A stretch of 32,000 bases of DNA, taken from contig NZ_CP042911.1 of assembly GCF_008065095.1 (NCBI RefSeq), positions 5,850,001-5,882,000 on the forward strand, read 5' to 3'. The stretch comes from Gemmata obscuriglobus (GTDB taxonomy: Bacteria; Planctomycetota; Planctomycetia; Gemmatales; Gemmataceae). The translations under genes and the position numbers were made by a program. The notes under the pieces were generated by a model. That model saw only the letters and a list, made by a program, of their open reading frames with translations, was not told the DNA's origin and ran no database searches. Below, in pieces: positions 27,282 through 32,000 of the stretch (the stretch's first letter is position 1; each line of letters begins with the position of its first letter).

Positions 27282-28594
27282 GGAACGGGCACGGAGTAAC
27301 TTCCCGGAATTGTAGTCTTCGGTTACGCTCCCTCCAGTTCCGCAACCGAGCGGAGTGCGCCATGAGTCCGTACCCCGCCGCCGTGGAGCGAATGATGAAG
27401 CGGTTGTACCGCTCCCTCCGCGAGAACGACCGGCGCCGATACGCGGCGATCGAGGCCACCGAACTCGGGCACGGCGGAACCAAGTACATCGCCACGTTGC
27501 TGGGCTGCGATCCCAAGACGATCCGCCAGGGGAGTGGTGAACTGGAAGCCGAAGACGAACTCGACACCCAGCGGGTGCGGAAAAAGAGGGCGAACGCAAG
27601 CGGGTGATCGACGCCAACCCGGGCGTGTCGGAACCGTTCGCGGAGGTACTCCGGGACCACACGGCCGGGGTTCCCATGAACTCGGACGTGAGGTGGACCA
27701 ACCTGTCCCGCCGACAGATCGCGCGGCGGATGAAGGCGCTGGGGACGTCGGTCAGCCGCCGGACCGTCGGCCCGTTGTTGCGCCGGCACGGGTACCGCCG
27801 ACGGAAGGCGTTGAAGAAGAAGACGATGGACCCGCACCCGGACCGCAACGCCCCGTTCGAGACCATCGCCCGGTTGAAGGGCCAGTACCTTGCGGCGGGC
27901 CGGCCGGTGTTGAGCATCGACACGAAGAAGAAGGAGTTGCTGGGGGACTTCTACCGGGATGGGGTGATCGACACGTGGGAGACGATCACCACCAACGACC
28001 ACGACTTCCCGAGCCGGGGCGGCGGCAAGGTGATCCCGCACGGCCTGTACGACGTGGGCCGCAACGAGGGGTTCGTGCACCTGAACACGAGCCACGACAC
28101 CAGCGCGTTGGCGTGCGACCGCCTCGCGGCGTGGTGGGAGCAGCACGGCCGGGCGCGGTATCCGAAGGCGAAGAAGCTGTTGGTGTTGTGCGACGGCGGG
28201 GGCCGCAATAGTGCGACCCAGTACCTGTTCAAGGAAGACCTTCAGACGTTGGCGAAGCGACTGGGGCTGGAGATTCGGGTGGCCCACGACCCGCCGTACG
28301 GCTCGAAGCAAAACCCGATCGAGCACCGGATGTTCCCGCACGTGAGCCGGGCATGTCGCGGGGTGGTGTTCCACACCGTGGAGACGGTTCGCCACGACAT
28401 GGCGAGGGCCGAGACGACGACCGGGTTACGGGTCGTCGTCGGGCTGTTGGGGAAGGTGTACGCGACCGGCCGGAAGTGCGTGGCCGGGTTCAAGAAGGCG
28501 ATGCAGATCGTCTTCGATCCGGTTCTACCCAAGTGGAACTACACCGCACGTCCAGACCCACCATGAACTCGGGAAGTTATTCCGTGCCCGTTCC
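27282..28594 (+). mobile_element. ISAzo13-family insertion sequence, 1313 bp, with 25-bp terminal inverted repeats and a 3-bp TAA target duplication
   Basis: The left IR is GGAACGGGCACGGAGTAACTTCCCG (27282-27306). The reverse complement of the right IR (28570-28594) is GGAACGGGCACGGAATAACTTCCCG, a 24/25 match. TAA flanks both ends (27279-27281 and 28595-28597). An uninterrupted copy of the target is present at 10698-10715. Confidence 0.9.
27362..28566 (+). CDS. ISAzo13-family DDE transposase, split into two frames (orfA 27362..27607, orfB frame open from about 27571 to 28566); needs a -1 shift near the A5G run at 27581-27586
   Basis: orfA reads MSPYPAAVERMMKRLYRSLRENDRRRYAAIEATELGHGGTKYIATLLGCDPKTIRQGSGELE...RVRKK, the HTH N-terminus typical of this family. 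orfB reads ...EGERKRVIDANPGVSEPF...LSIDTKKKELLGDF...VIPHGLYDV...LLVLCDGGGRNS...HDPPYGSKQNPIEHRMF, the DDE domain. orfB is in the -1 frame relative to orfA. Confidence 0.9.
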
Positions 28595-28605
28595 TAAACA
28601 AGTAC
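28595..28605 (+). repeat. Right half of the right-hand 18-mer copy (TAA duplication + ACAAGTAC)
   Basis: TAAACAAGTAC lies immediately after the right IR of the IS. Confidence 0.85.
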
Positions 28606-28830
28606 GCCCCAAGCTCGGTGCGATCGATCCGCGTTGTGGTGGACCACGAGCGCCTTCACCGCGCCTCAATCGCCACTCGCCCAGGATCCGGCATAGCGTG
28701 ATGATTGAGGCGCGGAACTCATAGCGGCCGGGCTGCACGTGAGCGTCCCTACATACGGTTCCCACTACCCGAGCATGTCGAGCACTTTGAGCATGTCGAA
28801 CCGGCCCAAAAGACGGCTCGCCAACAGGAA

Positions 28831-28996
28831 TTCACACACAGGATCCGTTTCACAGCATTTCACACTTCAACCCGTCAGCTGCACAAATCCAAGCGTTTTC
28901 ACGCAATGGAATCCACTTCACGCAAGAGGAGAAGTGTGGTATGATTTCTCTAGAAAACAAGTCGTTTGGCGTCTTGAAGGGGTGAGATTTCACGCG
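28831..28996 (+). repeat. Six same-strand copies of TTCACR (four as TTTCAC), including a 9-nt direct repeat TTCACGCAA x2; candidate arm-type or regulator binding sites
   Basis: Copies start at 28831, 28849, 28859, 28898, 28917 and 28989. The copies at 28898 and 28917 are TTCACGCAA, spaced 19 nt apart. The region is lower in GC and lies just left of the tRNA fragment and the integrase gene. Confidence 0.5.
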
Positions 28997-29004
28997 GTTC
29001 ATAA

Positions 29005-29039
29005 GCGAGGAGTCGTGGGTTCAATTCCCACCCCCGCTA
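29005..29039 (+). other. Orphan 3' fragment of a tRNA gene (variable region, T-arm, 3' acceptor strand); probable att-site remnant
   Basis: GTGGG-TTCAATT-CCCAC (29015-29031) is a canonical T-arm. It is followed by CCCCGCT (3' acceptor strand) and a discriminator A. No matching 5' acceptor strand ([A/G]G[C/T]GGGG), D-arm or anticodon arm could be found in the 110 nt upstream. Confidence 0.6.
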
Positions 29040-29169
29040 CTGGCTCGAAGTGATCGCAAGCCCTTTCTGCCGAAGCAGTTTCTGCTTACCTCGGTGTGGC
29101 ACCGAGAGCGGCTTCCGAACGAGACGTTTTGTGGAATCATTCCACAAAACGCACCGAGGAACCGTAACC

Positions 29170-30475
29170 GTGCCTCCATCCCGTAAATTCACCCCCTCGT
29201 ACGTTCTCCACAAACAATCCGGGCGTGGCCGTGCCGTTTGGTACGATTCGGCCGGCGTTCGACAGCAAAAACTTCTCCCGGGGGGCTTCAATTCGGCCGA
29301 ATCGCGGACCGCGTTCGCAAGGCTTCAACTGGAGCTTGAAGTCACACTCGCGCCCGTAGCCCCCGAGCGTCAAGGACTTACTCTCGCGGAACTGATAGTC
29401 GCGTACCTGGACCACGCTGAGCGCCATTACCGGGGACGGGATGGGAAGCCGACGAGCGAGTTGCACGAGATCAAGTTGGTCATCAAAGCGCTCCGCGGAC
29501 TGTACGCCGAAGCCCCAGCGGCCGAGTTCGGTCCTCTCCGGCTCAAAGCGGTTCGGCAAGGGTGGGTAGCAGCGAAACTCGCAAGGTCCGAGTGCAACCG
29601 TCGGGCGAACCTCGTACGTCGCATGTTCAAATGGGCCGCGTCGGAGGAACTGGTACCCGCAGCGACTCATCAAGCGCTCGCAACCGTCGCCGGCCTCCAA
29701 CAAGGTCGATCAGCGGCCCGCGAGACCGAGCCGGTCGGGCCGGTTGATGACGCCGTGGTCGATGCCACCCTGCCGATCCTGAACCGATTTGTCCGCGGTC
29801 TGGTCGAATTCCAGCGTCTCACGGGGTGCCGACCCGGGGAAGCTTGCAACGTGCGCCGGTGCGACATCGACACGGATGGGTCGGTGTGGCTGTACCGGCC
29901 GGTCACACACAAGACTTCGTGGAAGGGAAAGAGCCGAGTTATTGCGATCGGCCCGAGAGGCCAGCAGGTACTCCGAACGTTCTTCACGCCCGAGCCGAGC
30001 GACTATTTGTTTAGTCCCGAGCGTTCGATGGAAGAGCACCGTGCCGAACGCGCCACGAACCGAAAGACACCGCGGTATGCAAGCCACATGAAACGGAACG
30101 TCGGGAAACGGAAAGCGAACCCGCGGCGCACACCGGCGGAGAAATACGATCACCGTTCGTATTCGCGGGCTGTTGCCCGTGCCTGCGAGGAGGCCTTCCC
30201 CCCCACCGGCGCCGCTCGCACAGCGGGCTAACGAAACGAAGGCCGAGTGGGCTGGACGGTTGAACGCAAACGAGAAGGCGCAGCTGACTATTTGGAAGCA
30301 ACAACACCGCTGGCACCCGAACCAGCTCCGCCATTCGTTTGCCACGCGGGTCCGCAAACAGCACGGCTTGGAAGCCGCACAGGTGATGCTCGGGCACGCG
30401 AGGGCCGACGTAACGCAAGTGTACGCCGAGCGGAACGAGCAACTGGCTGCGTCAATCGCGGCTACTGTCGGATAA
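29170..30475 (+). CDS. Tyrosine recombinase / phage-type integrase, interrupted by a +1 frame change at a C7 run (30198-30204)
   Basis: The first frame (to 30231) reads PPSRKFTPSYVLHKQSGRGRAVWYD...LVEFQRLTGCRPGEACNVR (catalytic Arg). The second frame (30173..30475) reads HRWHPNQLRHSFATRVRKQHGLEAAQVMLGHARADVTQVYAE (H-x-x-R, H, catalytic Tyr). The preferred start is the GTG at 29170, with GAGGAA 8 nt upstream. Confidence 0.85.
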
Positions 30476-30587
30476 ACTGAAATCGACCGGACGCGGGAGT
30501 AGCTACCCGCGGGCCGGGTGTGCGCGAGTCGTGTCTCCGTGCGACGCTCGCACACCCGGTATCCCGGCGCACCACGGAGATCACCTC

Positions 30588-31016
30588 ATGCCCCCCGCCG
30601 ACCGCGGGCCGGGCTCCCCTGCGGGCCCGACCGACCCCGAGATCACTCCCAATCAGTTGAACGACCGCCGACGAGTCGTATCGCGCCGTCGTGCCGCCGC
30701 GCGTGCCAAAAAAGGGTTAAGCCCTGCGTTACCCTCGAATGCTCAGAACGTCGTCGTGGCACCGAGCGACGATCCGGTCGGCGACCTCCGCCGCGACATT
30801 GTCACCCTCACTCGCTTGCTCCTTGAGCCTAAAAATCCCCCCCGAACAACGAGAACACGTCGGATGTACAAACGATCCGGCACCACGGCGGATGCAATTA
30901 TTCTGTCGGCGCCGACCCCGTGGTCGTCACTGATGAGGAAGATAAGGTGCTGCGTGCGTTCGCGCGCAAGCAGACTGCCATGTCGAAGGGAGAACTCGAG
31001 ATCGAAGCCAGCGTGA
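30588..31016 (+). CDS. Hypothetical protein of the integrative element; the coding signal appears to leave this frame at the C7 run at 30837-30843
   Basis: The protein reads MPPADRGPGSPAGPTDPEITPNQLNDRRRVVSRRRAAARAKKGLS...DIVTLTRLLLEPKNPP. Third-position GC is high up to the C-run and then drops. The -1 frame takes over with high GC3. Confidence 0.35.
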   Translation: MPPADRGPGSPAGPTDPEITPNQLNDRRRVVSRRRAAARAKKGLSPALPSNAQNVVVAPSDDPVGDLRRDIVTLTRLLLEPKNPPRTTRTRRMYKRSGTTADAIILSAPTPWSSLMRKIRCCVRSRASRLPCRRENSRSKPA

Positions 31017-31150
31017 GTAACGCGCCGAGGATCCTGACGCGGTTGGTGAATAAATACCCCGGCTTCACGGCAGCCGTCCGTCGCCCAGGAGTAAAAGGTC
31101 GCGGTGGATATTACGCCCACGTCCTGCCCAAATCGGCGTCTCTCGACTGA
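30920..31150 (+). CDS. Small hypothetical protein, or the C-terminal part of the preceding gene if the C7 run is corrected
   Basis: The protein reads VVVTDEEDKVLRAFARKQTAMSKGELEIEASVSNAPRILTRLVNKYPGFTAAVRRPGVKGRGGYYAHVLPKS. Codon bias is good. The frame is open back to 30833. Confidence 0.5.
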   Translation: MVVTDEEDKVLRAFARKQTAMSKGELEIEASVSNAPRILTRLVNKYPGFTAAVRRPGVKGRGGYYAHVLPKSASLD

Positions 31151-31242
31151 GTCCGAATACGTACCCAACACGTAGTCGCCTGGAATTCAACTTCTTAACG
31201 CATCGGTCATGCTGTGTTCATCCCACTTGAGGAGGTGACCGT

Positions 31243-31434
31243 ATGACCGACCCGTCCCGCTTGATCCGTGAACTCGATGTGCCCGCCCTGCGGGCACGTC
31301 TCGAAGAGCTCGACCGGGAGCGCGCCGCGCTGCTCGTGCTCGTCCGGGCTGCTCTGCGGGCCACGAAGCCCGACCCGATTTCGCCCGACCTCGCCACCGC
31401 GCCAACGCGTTCGAACACCGGGGGGCCGGCGTGA
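31243..31434 (+). CDS. Small (63 aa) coiled-coil hypothetical protein
   Basis: The protein begins MTDPSRLIRELDVPALRARLEELDRERAALLVLVRAAL. A strong GAGGAGG lies 8 nt upstream of the ATG. Its stop overlaps the GTG of the next gene (GTGA). Confidence 0.6.
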   Translation: MTDPSRLIRELDVPALRARLEELDRERAALLVLVRAALRATKPDPISPDLATAPTRSNTGGPA

Positions 31435-31802
31435 GCGAAAGCACCTCCAACCCCGCCACGATCAGAACGCTCGACGCGGCGAAACTCACCGCCGGGTTGT
31501 TGACCGTTTCGCAGGCGTGTCGCATGTACCCCGGCAACCGGGGCAACGACACCCTCGCCCCGAGCACTATGACCCGCTGGATTGTCAAAGGTTGTCCGTC
31601 CCGGAACGGGCAACGGGTGAGGCTGAAGGCGACCCGCTGCGGGTCCCGCTGGCTGATCGCCCCGGACGACCTTGCGGCCTTCTTCGGAGCGCTGGCCGAC
31701 ACTGTTGGGCCGCCGGCGCCGCAACCGAAATCGGCGTCGAGTAAGCCCTCCGCGGTTCTCGCCGACAAGGCCGTGCAGGAACTGGCGCGCCGCGGGGCGT
31801 AA
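31431..31802 (+). CDS. Small HTH DNA-binding protein (DUF1580-like / excisionase-like)
   Basis: The protein contains LLTVSQACRMYPGNRGNDTLAPSTMTRWIVKGCPSRNGQRVRLKATRCGSRWLIAPDDLAAFF. This resembles the planctomycete DUF1580 pattern (recalled from memory). It is translationally coupled to the upstream ORF. Confidence 0.55.
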   Translation: MSESTSNPATIRTLDAAKLTAGLLTVSQACRMYPGNRGNDTLAPSTMTRWIVKGCPSRNGQRVRLKATRCGSRWLIAPDDLAAFFGALADTVGPPAPQPKSASSKPSAVLADKAVQELARRGA

Positions 31803-32000
31803 ACGACACCGAGAGAAGTCAAACCCGAGTCCCGAGCGCAACAAGGGTGGCGGCCAGGGTGGCAGCCGACGTTCCTTAGGGCGCCGTTCCCGGAAAAACT
31901 GAACGCGATACGGACGCGCTCGACACGCGACCGGGGTGCCATCCCTGCCAGTAGCGGATCGTCGAGTTCATCCGACGGGCGCAACAGGGCCCGTGCGCCA

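Noticed and set aside
27232-28395. 387-aa minus-strand ORF (and 27240..27923) inside the IS
   Set aside because: It is the antisense shadow of the ISAzo13-type transposase. It has no motifs, and the plus strand carries the recognisable HTH and DDE text.
28654-28738. Possible decayed CRISPR repeats to the right of the IS, at 28654-28689 and 28703-28738
   Set aside because: The best alignment is about 16/26 with a gap, centred on the shared CGCCTCA heptamer. The second candidate shares only CTGCAC plus scattered bases (13/36). That is too weak to claim a relic array. The 13-bp inverted repeat 28659-28671 / 28703-28715 is real but unexplained.
28954-28964. Third partial copy of the bracket motif (AAAACAAGTCG versus AAACAAGTACG)
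   Set aside because: Only an 8-mer is exact. A match of that length is expected about once by chance in 2 x 32 kb.
28940-29040. A complete tRNA or tmRNA gene upstream of the integrase
   Set aside because: Only the T-arm and 3' acceptor strand are present. There is no 5' strand able to pair with CCCCGCT, no D-arm, and the best anticodon-like stem is 3 bp with a 9-nt loop. It is also not tmRNA-like (no GGGG... 5' end pairing). I report it as a fragment only.
31865-31895. Sequence resembling an IS end (CGTTCCTTAGGGCGCCGTTCC versus the IS right end CCCGTTCC-TAA)
   Set aside because: Only 8-10 nt of similarity, with no extended IR match. It is likely coincidental.
29034-31957. 11-nt match CCGCTACTGGC at 29034-29044 with its reverse complement at 31947-31957, considered as a possible second att site
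   Set aside because: The orientation is inverted rather than direct, the match is only 11 nt, and the second copy lies in what may be coding sequence. It is not convincing as an element boundary.
29710-31984. Minus-strand ORFs 29710..30555, 30743..31171, 31187..31984 and 31218..31844
   Set aside because: They overlap plus-strand genes that have motifs or strong ribosome-binding sites (the integrase and the coupled small ORF/HTH pair), and their translations look like out-of-frame text. A genuine minus-strand gene may end at about 31876 (...IRYWQGWHPGRVSSASVSRSVFPGTAP*), but two frames have similar GC3 and only about 40 codons are visible, so I made no call.

Overview
High-GC window that splits into a core-like left part and a long accessory region. 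A planctomycete (Gemmata-like) origin is my inference only, from the LEDRxxP N-terminal motif, FG-GAP/RHS architecture, a DUF1580-like protein and an ISAzo13-type IS.

- **1-7.6 kb:** two large minus-strand genes at about 75-80% GC. One is a giant FG-GAP + cadherin-like + RHS/YD-repeat protein that runs off the left edge and is missing from the ORF track. The other is an 887-aa GT2 / FkbM-methyltransferase / GT4 fusion.
- **7.6-10.7 kb:** a patchwork of gene remnants around an intact PIN + HTH toxin-antitoxin pair. The remnants are a DUF499-like C-terminal stub, a C-terminally truncated DUF3050 gene and orphan coding stubs.
- **10.8-26.7 kb:** a complete type I CRISPR-Cas locus on the minus strand, ordered cas6-cas3-cas8-cas7-cas5-cas4/cas1 fusion-cas2-leader-array. 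The array has 103 copies of a 36-bp repeat and 102 spacers.
- **27.3-28.6 kb:** a sharply bounded 1313-bp ISAzo13-like IS.
- **29-32 kb:** the start of an integrative element, with an orphan tRNA 3' fragment, a frameshifted tyrosine integrase and small DNA-binding genes.

Most interesting observations:
1. The whole CRISPR-Cas module is bracketed by two direct copies of a perfect 18-mer, and the right copy is the IS target site.
2. A 27+5-bp palindrome at the array trailer is built from a relic repeat and a pseudo-spacer.
3. GC content steps sharply inside the cas operon. cas3-cas8-cas7-cas5 sit at about 50-62%, against about 75-83% for cas6 and cas4/1-cas2.
4. Frame disruptions cluster at homopolymers in the mobile genes.

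All calls come from reading the sequence and recalling family motifs. No searches were run.
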